From NCBI GenBank assembly GCA_003159495.1, contig PLPI01000063.1, positions 1 through 58,721 on the forward strand: DNA of 58,721 nucleotides, in the 5' to 3' direction. Source of the DNA: a candidate division FCPU426 bacterium (GTDB lineage Bacteria; Oederibacteriota; PGYV01; Palsa-1178). The notes under the pieces were generated by a model. That model was not told the origin of the DNA and did no database searches. It saw only the letters and a program-made list of their open reading frames with translations. This document shows positions 15,977 through 26,061 of this stretch, piece after piece (within the stretch, counting starts at the first letter, position 1; each line of letters opens with the position of its first letter). The position numbers and the translations under genes were made by a program.

Positions 15977-18304
15977 TTGGGATTATTCACTAATAGGGTA
16001 TTAAAAGAAGAGACCTTTACCCTGCCGGCCCAGAAGCAGTATGTCAATGAGATAAAGGACAGGATAAGCGGCATATGCAGGGAATACAATTTTAACTATA
16101 AGGACATCAACAACATAAAGATAGTCATTGATGAGGCGGCCTCAAATATAATACGCCATGCCTATAAGGACAAACCCGAAGGCGGCGATATCACCTTTGA
16201 GATAAAGGTGAAGGAAAAATCAGTATGCATAACGCTTATTGACCGGGGGGCTTCTTTCAACTGGAAAAACTTCAAGACTCCCGACCTGAACCACTATGTT
16301 GATATAGGCAAAAAAGGCGGGCTTGGAGTCTGGATAATAAGAAAGCTCACGGATAAAAGTGATTATGCGGTCACTCCGCGCGGCAATGAATTAAGGCTTG
16401 AAAAGCGCCACTCAAGCCAGTCGCCGACGGACTGGATATTTAAGACTATAACGTCGGCAAGGAACACCAAGGACCGGTTTGTCCTGGCAACCACAATATT
16501 CATTCTGGCGCTTGTGGCATCCACCTATCTCTATTTTGTTTTTCACGAGAGGGACAACTTAAGGGACAAATACATCAATTACACCGTTGAACTGGCCAAG
16601 AGCCTCTCGGATTCCAGCAGGGAGAAAATAATATCGGATAATTACCTTTCGCTTATCCAGCTGCTGAAGGAGATAAAAAGCAACAACGAGAATATAAAAG
16701 AAGTTTTTGTAATAAACACCGACGGCAGGATAATTGCCCACAACGACTCGTCCAAACTTTATACGCTGTACTCTCGTACGGACAGCGATGTAATCTCAAA
16801 ACATATTATTAACGGCGGGCTGGTCCTTAAATATAAAGAAGCCAAAGGCTACAGGTATGACGTGGCGTATTCCATTGACTTCCGCGGCATTAACATGGGA
16901 GAGGTACATATATATATAGATAAAAAGGGGATAGACCGGGTAATGTCCGCAAAGGGGCTCAATCTTATATTCGCTGTAATGCTTATTTTTGCAATAGCGG
17001 CTCTCGGCATTTACATGCTCCTGGGGTTGATAACAAAACCGCTTGACCGTTTAAAGAACGGCGCCATTGCAATAGGCGAAGGCCGGCTTGACCACAGGAT
17101 AGAGCTTGAAGGGCAGGATGAATTTTCCCAGATAGCCATGGCTTTCAACGATATGGCGAGCAAGTTCAAGGGAGCGCAGGCATCTCTTGTGGAACAGGAA
17201 AAGATGCAGAAAGAGATAGCTGTGGCAAAAGAAATACAGCAGACTCTTCTGCCGAAGAACATACCCGACACCGAGGGCTTTGACATAGCATCGCTTTACC
17301 GCTCGGCAAAGGAAGTCGGCGGGGATTATTACGACATTATAAAAGTAGCGCCCCATATGATAGGGGTTATAGTGGCCGATGTCTCCGGAAAAGGGGTCCC
17401 GGGGTCGCTGGTTATGACCATAACAAGGACCGTGGCAAGGCTTGTAGCGTTAAAGAACAAGTCGGCAAAAAGCGTGCTTTCAAAGGTCAACGCGTTCGTC
17501 AAAGAGGATATGAAAAAGGGAATGTTTGTCACCGCTTTTTATCTGGTGCTCAATTCGGTCAACAGGAAGATAAATTTCGCGAGCGCGGGGCACGACCCGC
17601 TTATTCTTTACAGGGCAAAAGAGGACAAATGTTATTACATAAAGCCAAAGGGGTTCCCGCTGGGTATTTCCCTGCCGGATGACGAACTGTTCAAAAAAAT
17701 AATGGTCGAGGAAAATCTTAAGCTCCAGAAAGACGACCTTATAGTCATCTATACGGACGGCGTTACAGAGGCTATGAACGGTAAAAGGGAACAGTGGGGG
17801 GAAAAGCGTTTTGTTGATTTTATTAAAACGAACGGCAAAATGGCGCCGAGGGATTTTATCGACAAACTTTCCATGGAACTCAAGGAATTCACACAGGATT
17901 ACCCGCAGAACGACGATATAACAATTGTCGCCATAAAAGAGAAAAAGAGCGGCGCGGAGATGATGCGCAAGCTTGACAGGCAGATAGCCGCGCTGAGAAA
18001 AAAGAGGTACACGACAAAAGAAATTGAAAAGGAACTCGGGATAGACTTGGATATGTTAAAGAAGCTCAAGGTAGAATCAGGAGGGGCGGGAGACGATATG
18101 AAGTTTCTGGCTTTTGAGCACAAAAAAGCCCTTACGGAATTGATAATGGAATCGCCGGAGAAGAAACCGGCTGAATACGCGCAGGAATTATCGGCCAAAT
18201 TTGCCATGGAAATAACGGAAAAACTTATTGCAGACGAGTTAAAGAGAATAGATCTTTTAACCGCGGCCCGGCGCGTAAAATATGTGAACGAGAGAAAAAA
18301 ATAG
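15977..18304 (+). CDS. Multidomain signalling protein: RsbW/SpoIIAB-like GHKL serine-kinase domain, TM helix, extracytoplasmic domain, TM helix, HAMP, PP2C/SpoIIE phosphatase and a helical tail
   Basis: The N-terminal 150 aa carry VIDEAASNIIRHAY, IDRGASF and GGLGVWIIRKL (N, G1 and G2 boxes). Two TM helices lie at about aa 168-190 and 328-352. HAMP region KPLDRLKNGAIAIGEGRLDHRIE. PP2C motifs GGDYYD, VADVSGKGVPG, IYTDGVTEA and DDITIVAIK. Confidence 0.75.
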   Translation: MGLFTNRVLKEETFTLPAQKQYVNEIKDRISGICREYNFNYKDINNIKIVIDEAASNIIRHAYKDKPEGGDITFEIKVKEKSVCITLIDRGASFNWKNFKTPDLNHYVDIGKKGGLGVWIIRKLTDKSDYAVTPRGNELRLEKRHSSQSPTDWIFKTITSARNTKDRFVLATTIFILALVASTYLYFVFHERDNLRDKYINYTVELAKSLSDSSREKIISDNYLSLIQLLKEIKSNNENIKEVFVINTDGRIIAHNDSSKLYTLYSRTDSDVISKHIINGGLVLKYKEAKGYRYDVAYSIDFRGINMGEVHIYIDKKGIDRVMSAKGLNLIFAVMLIFAIAALGIYMLLGLITKPLDRLKNGAIAIGEGRLDHRIELEGQDEFSQIAMAFNDMASKFKGAQASLVEQEKMQKEIAVAKEIQQTLLPKNIPDTEGFDIASLYRSAKEVGGDYYDIIKVAPHMIGVIVADVSGKGVPGSLVMTITRTVARLVALKNKSAKSVLSKVNAFVKEDMKKGMFVTAFYLVLNSVNRKINFASAGHDPLILYRAKEDKCYYIKPKGFPLGISLPDDELFKKIMVEENLKLQKDDLIVIYTDGVTEAMNGKREQWGEKRFVDFIKTNGKMAPRDFIDKLSMELKEFTQDYPQNDDITIVAIKEKKSGAEMMRKLDRQIAALRKKRYTTKEIEKELGIDLDMLKKLKVESGGAGDDMKFLAFEHKKALTELIMESPEKKPAEYAQELSAKFAMEITEKLIADELKRIDLLTAARRVKYVNERKK

Positions 18305-18313
18305 GAGAGAGCA

Positions 18314-19546
18314 ATGCTTAAGGTGATAAAATACGGCAGACGCGCATATGCGGCGATGGACGCAATGAATTATTTAAACACTGAAGCCGGCGCAGGCGTA
18401 TCCGGCATAATAGCGGATGTTGAAAAAAACGGCGATGCCGCCGTGAAAAAATACACGCTTAAGTTCGACGGGGTGGCGCTGAAGTCCCTGAAGGTACCTG
18501 AGGAAAAGATAAAAAAAGCGTGGGGAAGCGTCGACGCAAGGCTTTTCAAGCCCCTGCTTAGGGCGGCTAAAAACATAGAAAAATACAATGTAATGCAGAT
18601 GAAAAATATCAGGGGTTTTGTCTATAAAAACAAGGGATACACAATTACCCACAAATATATTCCCGTTGACTCCGCTGCCCTTTACATTCCCGGCGGACAG
18701 GCGCCGCTTTTTTCAACCGTGCTTATGGCGGCAATTCCGGCCCGCGTTGCCGGGGTAAGGCGCATAGCGGTGATTTCACCGCCGCGGTTTAACGGCGATG
18801 TCAACCCGTATATCCTTGTTGCCGCCGACATGCTGGGGATAAACGAGATATACAGGATTGGCGGGGCGCAGGCTGTAGCGGCTCTGTCTATCGGGACGAA
18901 GACCATAAAAAAGGTAGACAAGATAGTCGGCCCGGGGAATATCTACTCAACTATGGCAAAAAAAGAGGTTTTCGGAAAAATTGGAATCGAATCCATCAAC
19001 GGGCCGTCCGAAGTTACGATTGTAGCCGATGATACGGCAAACCCGGAGTTCGTAAAATACGACCTTCTGGCGCAGGCTGAACACATCAACGGCCACGCCC
19101 TTTTGATAACAAATTCGGAAAAATTTCTTTCGGTAATGAAGGTTAAACTCAAGGGGATAAAATATGACATAACAGCGGTACTTGTAAAAAATATTGACGA
19201 GGCGCTGCAACTGGTCAACTACAAGGCGCCGGAGCACCTGACTGTGGCGGTAAAGGACACGGGAGCTTTCATTTCCAGGGTCAGGAACTGCCCCGCGATA
19301 TTTGAGGGTAATTACACTCCGGTCGCTTTCGGGGATTACATGGCCGGCTCAAACCACATCCTGCCTACCAACGGAACGGCGCGTTTTTTCTCCGGCCTTT
19401 CCGTCCTTGATTTCTTAAAGCACACCCATGTGGTTAAGGCGTCGCGGGAGGCTATGGACGCCTTCGGCCCCGACGCTGAAACCCTTGCCGAAATAGAGAC
19501 CCTTAGTAACCACAAAAAATCGATAATGGCCAGGAGGGAACTGTGA
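18314..19546 (+). CDS. hisD: Histidinol dehydrogenase
   Basis: GPGNIYSTMAKKEVFGKIGIESINGPSE and AQAEH motifs. Confidence 0.95.
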   Translation: MLKVIKYGRRAYAAMDAMNYLNTEAGAGVSGIIADVEKNGDAAVKKYTLKFDGVALKSLKVPEEKIKKAWGSVDARLFKPLLRAAKNIEKYNVMQMKNIRGFVYKNKGYTITHKYIPVDSAALYIPGGQAPLFSTVLMAAIPARVAGVRRIAVISPPRFNGDVNPYILVAADMLGINEIYRIGGAQAVAALSIGTKTIKKVDKIVGPGNIYSTMAKKEVFGKIGIESINGPSEVTIVADDTANPEFVKYDLLAQAEHINGHALLITNSEKFLSVMKVKLKGIKYDITAVLVKNIDEALQLVNYKAPEHLTVAVKDTGAFISRVRNCPAIFEGNYTPVAFGDYMAGSNHILPTNGTARFFSGLSVLDFLKHTHVVKASREAMDAFGPDAETLAEIETLSNHKKSIMARREL

Positions 19547-20583
19547 AGATAGCATCCCTTCAGAGAAGATCAATCAGGGGGCTAAAACCTTACGACCCGG
19601 GGCTTCTGGCAGATTACAGATTCAAGCTTGACGCCAATGAAAACGGTTTTGACGTCACAAAAGCGGCCAGAAAGAAACTTTTGCGGGAAATGGCAAAAAT
19701 AAATTTTAACCGCTATCCGGATCCGGGAACGCTGGATATTAGAAAGGCGCTTGCGAAAAAAAACGGCGTACGGGTTGAAAATGTCGTAATAGGAAACGGA
19801 TCGGACGAACTTATCCATTATATTATACAGGCATTTACGGATGAAGGAGACAGGGTCGTGTTCCCGTCGCCGACTTTCGAGATGTATAAAATACTTGCCA
19901 TGGCCAACTCAGCCGTGCCCGTGGCTTCGGAACTCGACGGCAGGTTTGATATTGACGTTAAAGATATCCTGGAAAAAGCCCGCGGCGCAAAAATCATATT
20001 TTTTGCCTACCCCAACAATCCCACGGGCAACTGTTTTACACAGCGGAAAATGGAGGCTGTAATAAAAAAAGCAAAATGCCTGGTGGTGGTTGACGAGGCA
20101 TATTTTGAATTTTCAAAAAAGACATTTATTAATTTGTTAACCCGGCATAAAAATCTTATAATACTCAGGACTTTTTCGAAGGCCTATTCAATGGCATCGG
20201 CGCGCCTGGGCTGCTTGTTCGCGGGCAGGGAAGTGACGGATGTCATAAACAAGATACGGCTTCCGTACAATGTAAACGCGCTGTCCCAGGCATGCGCCCG
20301 CGTCATGCTGAAAGAAAATACGGAAGCGGCCGTAAAAACCATACTGGGTGAAAAGGAAATAATGTACGGCCTGCTCAAGGATGTTTATCCGGTGGTAAAA
20401 AGCGACGCCAATTTCCTTCTGATAAAGGTTAATGACGGCGCAAGGGCAAAAAAGTATTTTGAAAAAAACGGGATTTCCGTCAGGCTATTTAAGGACGGCA
20501 TCCTGAAGGATTTTTTAAGGCTTACGATAGGAAGGCCGGAAGAGAACCGGGCCGCATTAAAGATACTGCAAAGGGGTGTATGA
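19543..20583 (+). CDS. hisC: Histidinol-phosphate aminotransferase
   Basis: Class II aminotransferase fold with LDANENGF, YPNNPTGN and RTFSKAYSMASARLG (PLP Lys). Lies within the his operon. Confidence 0.9.
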   Translation: MKIASLQRRSIRGLKPYDPGLLADYRFKLDANENGFDVTKAARKKLLREMAKINFNRYPDPGTLDIRKALAKKNGVRVENVVIGNGSDELIHYIIQAFTDEGDRVVFPSPTFEMYKILAMANSAVPVASELDGRFDIDVKDILEKARGAKIIFFAYPNNPTGNCFTQRKMEAVIKKAKCLVVVDEAYFEFSKKTFINLLTRHKNLIILRTFSKAYSMASARLGCLFAGREVTDVINKIRLPYNVNALSQACARVMLKENTEAAVKTILGEKEIMYGLLKDVYPVVKSDANFLLIKVNDGARAKKYFEKNGISVRLFKDGILKDFLRLTIGRPEENRAALKILQRGV

Positions 20584-21173
20584 TGGGAAAAAAGAGAATG
20601 CGCACAGCGACTGTAAAAAGAAGGACAAAGGAAACCGATATAACCATGACGGTCAACCTGGACGGTACCGGGAAATATTCCATAAAGACGAATGAACCTT
20701 TTTTGACGCATATGCTCGAGCAGCTTTCAAAACACAGCTCGATTGATATTTCCGTTGACGCCTCCGGAGATGTCGGAGTGGATTCGCACCACCTGACTGA
20801 GGATATAGGAATAGTGCTCGGAGAGGCTGTAATAAAGGCTCTTGGCGATAAAAAAGGGATAAAACGTTTCGGCTCCGCTGGAGTTCTTGATGAGGCCCTT
20901 TGCAGGGTGGTGCTGGATATTTCCGGCAGGACGTATCTCGGTTACGGGCTGGACCTTAAGCTAAAACGCATCGGGAGTTTTGATACCGAACTTGTTGAGG
21001 AGTTTTTTCACGGCTTTACCCGCGGCGGGATGCTGACGCTTCACGTTGACCGGTTAAAGGGGAAAAACACGCACCACATACTTGAGGCGGCATTTAAGGG
21101 GTTGGCAATAGCGCTCAAGGAAGCGGTGAAAATCGATGGCTCCGCGCTTCCAACCACAAAGGGAAAATTATAA
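20580..21173 (+). CDS. hisB: Imidazoleglycerol-phosphate dehydratase
   Basis: RTKETDI..., DSHHLTEDIGIVLGEA and HHILEAAFKGLA motifs. Confidence 0.95.
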   Translation: MMGKKRMRTATVKRRTKETDITMTVNLDGTGKYSIKTNEPFLTHMLEQLSKHSSIDISVDASGDVGVDSHHLTEDIGIVLGEAVIKALGDKKGIKRFGSAGVLDEALCRVVLDISGRTYLGYGLDLKLKRIGSFDTELVEEFFHGFTRGGMLTLHVDRLKGKNTHHILEAAFKGLAIALKEAVKIDGSALPTTKGKL

Positions 21174-21175
21174 TC

Positions 21176-21820
21176 ATGAAAAAAGGGACAATAGCGGTAA
21201 TTGATTACGGCATGGGCAACCTTCACAGCGTCATGAAGGCCCTTCAGCACGAGAAGATACCGGCGGTTTTAACCGACAGCCCGGATGTTATACGCTCCTG
21301 CGCCGGGATAATCCTGCCAGGGGTCGGCGCGTTTAATGACGCAATAAAAGAGATAAAAAAGAGGAAGATATTCACGGTCATTAAGCAGGAGGCAAAAAAG
21401 GGAAGGCCGGTCATGGGCATTTGCCTGGGCATGCAGCTGCTTTTTTCAAAATCATACGAGTTCGGGGAACATGCCGGGTTCGGTTTTATACCGGGAAAAG
21501 TTATAAAATTTAAAAAAGGGATGAAGATACCCCACATAGGCTGGAACGGCGCGGCAATCGTAAAAAAGGGAAGCCCGATTTTAAAGGGAATAAAGAATAA
21601 TTCGTTCTTTTATTTCGTCCATTCCTATTACGCGGTGCCGGAAAGTAAAAATGCGGTATTGACAAAAACGCGCTATGGTAATACTATTTTTACTTCGGCG
21701 GCGCAGGCCGGGAATATATACGGGTTCCAGTTTCATCCGGAAAAATCAAGCGAAAAAGGGCTGAAAATTTACAGAAATTTTTATGAAATTTGCCTGAGAA
21801 AAAGGCAAGGGGAAGAATAA
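21176..21820 (+). CDS. hisH: Imidazole glycerol phosphate synthase, glutaminase subunit
   Basis: GMGNLHSV, GICLGMQLL and FQFHPEKS (Cys-His-Glu triad context). Confidence 0.95.
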   Translation: MKKGTIAVIDYGMGNLHSVMKALQHEKIPAVLTDSPDVIRSCAGIILPGVGAFNDAIKEIKKRKIFTVIKQEAKKGRPVMGICLGMQLLFSKSYEFGEHAGFGFIPGKVIKFKKGMKIPHIGWNGAAIVKKGSPILKGIKNNSFFYFVHSYYAVPESKNAVLTKTRYGNTIFTSAAQAGNIYGFQFHPEKSSEKGLKIYRNFYEICLRKRQGEE

Positions 21821-21863
21821 ACACATAAAGGGCGGGTTTTGGAATTTCCCGAAGGAGAAAATA

Positions 21864-22598
21864 ATGCAGATTATACCGGCGATAGATATAAGGAAGGGCA
21901 AGTGCGTAAGGCTTATACAGGGAGACGTACGCGATGAGACGGTTTACTCCAAGGAACCGGTCGATGTGGCCAAACTCTGGCAGGTCCAGGGGGCCAGGCT
22001 GATACACGTGGTGGACCTTGACGGCGCGCTTACGGGAACGCCGAAGAACATGGATATTATAATGAAGATAGTAAAGGCCCTCAGGATAAAAATCGAGGTG
22101 GGCGGCGGCCTGCGTGACGAGGAAGATATAAAAAAGTACATAAAGGCCGATGTTAAAAGGGTAATACTATCGACATCCGCTATATCAAAGGACGGGTTCC
22201 TTGAAGCAATGATAGAAAAGTATAAGGATAAGGTCGTCGTGGGCGTGGACGCCAAGGACGGGTTTATTGCCGTGAAAGGGTGGAAGGATGTCACCCAGAT
22301 AAAAACCATTGATTTCATAAAAGAGCTGGAGAAAAAAGGGGTAAAGACCATTATTTATACGGACATAAACAGGGACGGCGTGCTGAAAGGGCCGAACATA
22401 AAAGGCATTGTTAAAGTATTAAAACACACAAGGATGCGCGTGATTGTTTCGGGCGGCATCACAAGGCTCAAAAATATTGAAAAGATCATGGAACTTGATA
22501 AAAAATACGGCAACATAGAGGGCATTATAATAGGAAAGGCCCTGTATACAGGCAGCATGGACCTTAAAGACGCGATAAAAATAGCCCGGGATAACTGA
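21864..22598 (+). CDS. hisA: ProFAR isomerase
   Basis: [19 protein letters not shown] and a (beta/alpha)8 HisA pattern. Confidence 0.95.
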   Translation: MQIIPAIDIRKGKCVRLIQGDVRDETVYSKEPVDVAKLWQVQGARLIHVVDLDGALTGTPKNMDIIMKIVKALRIKIEVGGGLRDEEDIKKYIKADVKRVILSTSAISKDGFLEAMIEKYKDKVVVGVDAKDGFIAVKGWKDVTQIKTIDFIKELEKKGVKTIIYTDINRDGVLKGPNIKGIVKVLKHTRMRVIVSGGITRLKNIEKIMELDKKYGNIEGIIIGKALYTGSMDLKDAIKIARDN

Positions 22599-22602
22599 AA
22601 AA

Positions 22603-23361
22603 ATGCTGACAAAACGGATAATTCCGTGCCTGGATGTCAACAAAGGCCGCGTGGTAAAAGGGGTTAAATTCCTGAACCTGGTGGATGCCGGAGACCCCGT
22701 GGAAGCCGCATATGAATACAACCTTGCCGGAGCCGATGAAGTCGTTTTCCTCGACATCACCGCCTCGCATGAAAAAAGAAAAACAATAATCGATGTTGTG
22801 CGCAATACGGCTGAAAAGGTCTTTATCCCGCTCACTGTGGGCGGCGGCATCAGGACGGTTGCGGATATGGAACTCATCTTAAAGAACGGCGCGGATAAAA
22901 TTTCGGTCAATACCGCCGCTGTTTTGAACCCAAAACTCATAAAAGACGGCGCGAATAAATTCGGCAGCCAGTGCATAGTGCTGGCGGTTGACGCCAAACG
23001 CGGCGGCAGGGGTTCGTGGGAGGTTTACACCCACGGCGGCAGGACGGCAACAGGACTTGACGCGGTGGAGTGGATAAAAAAAGGGGTAAAACTCGGGGCC
23101 GGGGAGATACTTTTGACATCCATGGACGCGGACGGGACAAAAGCGGGTTATGATATTGAATTAAACCGCGCCGTATCCGAAGCTGTAAGCGTTCCGGTAA
23201 TAGCTTCCGGAGGGGCGGGCTCGCCGGAACACATGCTGCACGTACTAAAGGAAGGCAAAGCCGACGCCGTGCTCGCGGCGTCAATATTTCATTATAAGGA
23301 ATACACTGTAAGGTCGGTAAAGCAGTACTTGAAGAAACACGGGGTTGCGGTAAGGCTGTAA
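22603..23361 (+). CDS. hisF: Imidazole glycerol phosphate synthase, cyclase subunit
   Basis: [20 protein letters not shown] and [10 protein letters not shown] motifs. Confidence 0.95.
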   Translation: MLTKRIIPCLDVNKGRVVKGVKFLNLVDAGDPVEAAYEYNLAGADEVVFLDITASHEKRKTIIDVVRNTAEKVFIPLTVGGGIRTVADMELILKNGADKISVNTAAVLNPKLIKDGANKFGSQCIVLAVDAKRGGRGSWEVYTHGGRTATGLDAVEWIKKGVKLGAGEILLTSMDADGTKAGYDIELNRAVSEAVSVPVIASGGAGSPEHMLHVLKEGKADAVLAASIFHYKEYTVRSVKQYLKKHGVAVRL

Positions 23362-23362
23362 A

Positions 23363-23400
23363 TACATTGTATTGACAATGTAAATATTAAGAGGTATAAT
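23363..23400 (+). promoter_or_regulatory. Near-consensus sigma70 promoter with an overlapping inverted repeat (candidate toxin-antitoxin operator)
   Basis: TTGACA (23372-23377), 17-nt spacer, TATAAT (23395-23400). The inverted repeat TACATTG (23363-23369) / CAATGTA (23376-23382) straddles the -35. The toxin ATG lies only 4 nt after the -10. Confidence 0.55.
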
Positions 23401-23404
23401 AAGA

Positions 23405-23677
23405 ATGAGATTTATTTGTGACGCTGACAAAGCGGACAAGCTGTTAAAGGAACATAACATCGACATTGAAATTGTTGTGGATATAATATTGAATCGTGGG
23501 CCGGCGTCTGTGATTAAGAATCCTGTCAGGGAAGGGCAGCAGATGTTTATAATCAACTACAATGGTTATATCCATTGTGTGCCTTTTATAAGGGATGCCG
23601 ACGGGAATTATATTTTAAAGACGGCATATAAAAGCAGGAAATATAATAAAATTTATGGAGAGCACAGTGAAACTTAA
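23405..23677 (+). CDS. Small toxin-like protein (BrnT/DUF497-like), upstream partner of an RHH antitoxin
   Basis: 90 aa. Overlaps and precedes a CopG/RHH antitoxin-like gene; toxin-first order is as in BrnTA. Loose resemblance to BrnT (F.CD.DKA..LLKEH.I...; ...LKTAYKSRK). The family assignment is not secure. Confidence 0.5.
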   Translation: MRFICDADKADKLLKEHNIDIEIVVDIILNRGPASVIKNPVREGQQMFIINYNGYIHCVPFIRDADGNYILKTAYKSRKYNKIYGEHSET

Positions 23678-23963
23678 ATATAAACTCGATAAGCAAGAAC
23701 AGTGGCTCGAAGATCATGCGGATGAATTTGTCCCGGTAACCGGCGCTGAAAGGCGCAGAATTGACAGGGACCTTGCCATTATGAGAAAAAAGAAGGCAAT
23801 AACTCTGCGTATAAATGTAAATGACCTGGGAAAGATAAAAGAAAAAGCCGAAAGGGATGGGCTCCCTTACCAGACCCTGATTTCCAGCGTACTGCACAAA
23901 TTTGCCGACAACCGCCTTTGCGAAAAAGTTGAACCGGCTGAATATGGCAGGAAAAGGGCATAA
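23655..23963 (+). CDS. CopG/ribbon-helix-helix antitoxin (BrnA / CopG_antitoxin-like)
   Basis: C-terminal ITLRINVNDLGKIKEKAERDGLPYQTLISSVLHKFADNRL matches the ...itiRl...dl..lK..A...G.pYQtLi..il... signature of CopG-type antitoxins. The start could instead be the GTG at 23667. Confidence 0.65.
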   Translation: MESTVKLKYKLDKQEQWLEDHADEFVPVTGAERRRIDRDLAIMRKKKAITLRINVNDLGKIKEKAERDGLPYQTLISSVLHKFADNRLCEKVEPAEYGRKRA

Positions 23964-24100
23964 ATTTAAATTTTTGAAAAACAGCCTAAAAAACAAACCT
24001 TTTAAACCGCCTCAGCCGTCTAATCTCTATGGAATTTTTGCCTTTACTTTTGCCCTTTTTAGTTTATTATTATTAAAAAGGCGAAAGTGAGGCGTTTGAC

Positions 24101-24499
24101 ATGGAAAAATTTGACATTAATAAGGTTAAACTTGACGAAAAAGGGCTCCTTGCGGCGATAGCGCAGGACGCCGCAACCGGCGATATATTAATGGTAGCCT
24201 GGATGAACAAAGAGGCGCTCGAAAAAACCCTTGCCACACGCAAGGCCCATTACTGGTCGCGTTCGCGCAATAAACCATGGTTTAAGGGCGAGGAATCCGG
24301 CAATGTGCAGGAGGTAAAGTCCATTTATATCGACTGCGACAATGACGCCGTCCTGATGAAGGTAAACCAGATAGGCGGCGCGGCGTGCCATACCGGGTAT
24401 AAGTCGTGCTTTTTTACCGAGATAGAAAAGGACGGCACGCTTAAAAACATCGGAGGAGAAAAGATTTTCGACCCGGAAAAGGTGTATAAGAAAAAGTAA
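24101..24499 (+). CDS. hisI: Phosphoribosyl-AMP cyclohydrolase (monofunctional HisI)
   Basis: [14 protein letters not shown]...HYWSRSR...[11 protein letters not shown]...DCDNDAVL...[14 protein letters not shown]. At 132 aa it carries no HisE domain. Confidence 0.9.
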   Translation: MEKFDINKVKLDEKGLLAAIAQDAATGDILMVAWMNKEALEKTLATRKAHYWSRSRNKPWFKGEESGNVQEVKSIYIDCDNDAVLMKVNQIGGAACHTGYKSCFFTEIEKDGTLKNIGGEKIFDPEKVYKKK

Positions 24500-24516
24500 C
24501 AGCCAAAAGGTGGCGC

Positions 24517-26001
24517 ATGATAAAACCCGAACTTAAAGAAGTCCTACAGCTGGCCAAAACATACAATATAATACCTGTTTACGGCGAGACGCTTGCCGAT
24601 CTGGAAACGCCGCTGTCCGCCTACATGAAAATCGACGACCCGAAGAATTCCTTCCTGCTTGAATCGATAGAGGGCGGGGAAAAAACGGCCCGCTATTCAT
24701 TTCTTAGCAGGGAGCCCTATGAGATATTTTCATACGCCGACGGGGAAATTACAAGGGATTCGCGCGGCATCAGGCGGGTTATACGCACCAACGACCCTTT
24801 TGCCGAATTAAAAAAAATATTCGCGGGTTATAATCCGGCGCCGGTAAAAGGGCTTCCTGATTTTACGGGCGGGGCCGTCGGCTATATAGGATACGATATA
24901 ATAAAACTTTATGAAAAAGTACCGGATGAAAAAAAGATAGATACGCTCGGCTGGCCGGATATGCGGCTGATGTTCAACGATGTCCTGATGATATTCGACC
25001 ACGTTTACCATAAGATCCAGGTGGTGAATAATATATTCATATCCCCGGGAGAGAGCGCGTCAAAAACAAGGTTAAAGTATAATGCCGCTGTAAAAAAGAT
25101 AAAGCATATAATCGCGGGGCTGAAAAAGCCGCTTAAGTCCGGAAAAATGAAGCCCGTAAAGATCGGGGCTATAAAGCATCTTACCCCGCCGGCGGACTTT
25201 AAGGATTCCGTAAAAAGGACCGTCGGCCTGCTGAACGACGGCGAGGCCATCCAGGCCGTAATATCACAGCGTTTTGAGGCTGATTTTACCGGCAATCCAA
25301 TAAATATATACCGCAGTTTGAGGACCGTAAACCCGTCGCCGTACATGCATTTTTTGAATATGGACGGTAACCATATAATAGGCGCCTCGCCGGAACTCAT
25401 GGTGAGGGTCGTTGATGGTGAAGCCTTTGTCAGGCCGATAGCCGGGACCCGCAGGAGGGGAAAAAGCGAAGCTGAGGATATCGCGCTGGAAAAAGAGCTT
25501 CTTTCCGATATCAAGGAACGCGCGGAGCACGTAATGCTTGTGGATTTGGGGCGCAACGACATAGGCCGCGTCTGCGAGGCGGGGTCGGTTAAAGTAAACG
25601 ACATGATGGTGGTGGAGCGTTATTCCCACGTGATGCACATAGTCTCCGGGGTTTCGGGAAAGCTGAAAAAAGGCAGCGATGTTTTTGACGCGTTTTTGTC
25701 AACTTTCCCGGCCGGGACGGTTTCGGGAGCGCCGAAAGTGCGCGCCATGCAGATAATTGATGAGATGGAAAAATACAAAAGGGGACCGTACGCCGGGGCC
25801 GTGGGCTTCATAAGTTTTTCCGGGAACATGGAGACCTGTATTTCCATAAGGACAATATACCACGGGAACGGGAAAATATTCATGCAGTCCGGAGCGGGCA
25901 TTGTCGCGGATTCAAAGCCGGAATTCGAATATAAAGAGACACTGAGCAAGGCAATGGCTGTTTTTGAGGCTGTAAAACGCGTCAACAGCCTGGAAGAGTA
26001 A
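24517..26001 (+). CDS. trpE: Anthranilate synthase component I (a PabB-type alternative is not excluded)
   Basis: LLESIEGGEKTARYSFL, GTRRRG, VERYSHVMHIVS and GAPKVRAMQIIDEME..RGPYAGAVG. Confidence 0.85.
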   Translation: MIKPELKEVLQLAKTYNIIPVYGETLADLETPLSAYMKIDDPKNSFLLESIEGGEKTARYSFLSREPYEIFSYADGEITRDSRGIRRVIRTNDPFAELKKIFAGYNPAPVKGLPDFTGGAVGYIGYDIIKLYEKVPDEKKIDTLGWPDMRLMFNDVLMIFDHVYHKIQVVNNIFISPGESASKTRLKYNAAVKKIKHIIAGLKKPLKSGKMKPVKIGAIKHLTPPADFKDSVKRTVGLLNDGEAIQAVISQRFEADFTGNPINIYRSLRTVNPSPYMHFLNMDGNHIIGASPELMVRVVDGEAFVRPIAGTRRRGKSEAEDIALEKELLSDIKERAEHVMLVDLGRNDIGRVCEAGSVKVNDMMVVERYSHVMHIVSGVSGKLKKGSDVFDAFLSTFPAGTVSGAPKVRAMQIIDEMEKYKRGPYAGAVGFISFSGNMETCISIRTIYHGNGKIFMQSGAGIVADSKPEFEYKETLSKAMAVFEAVKRVNSLEE

Positions 26002-26061
26002 TTAAGGATAAGGGTAAGGGTTAAGGAATTAGAAAGGATATTAATTTGACAGGAGAGAAGA

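Noticed and set aside
23902-24090. 62-aa ORF with a hydrophobic tail overlapping the antitoxin 3' end, and possible long-range pairing (CGCCTCA at 24008-24014 with TGAGGCG at 24088-24094) in the 137-nt spacer before hisI.
   Set aside because: The ORF has no RBS and overlaps a better-supported gene. The pairing is only 7 bp across about 70 nt of AT-rich sequence, and I see no terminator or known RNA motif.
26002-26040. Run of (T)TAAGG(G) units, TAAGGATAAGGGTAAGGGTTAAGGAATTAGAAAGG, between trpE and trpG. It is reminiscent of TRAP-binding (G/U)AG triplet arrays that overlap trpG in Bacillus.
   Set aside because: The triplets are mostly AAG, a poor TRAP ligand. There are only about 6 of them with irregular 1-4-nt spacers. 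TRAP is restricted to Bacilli-like lineages, and no mtrB-like gene is in the window. It is more likely chance or SD-like purine-rich spacer.
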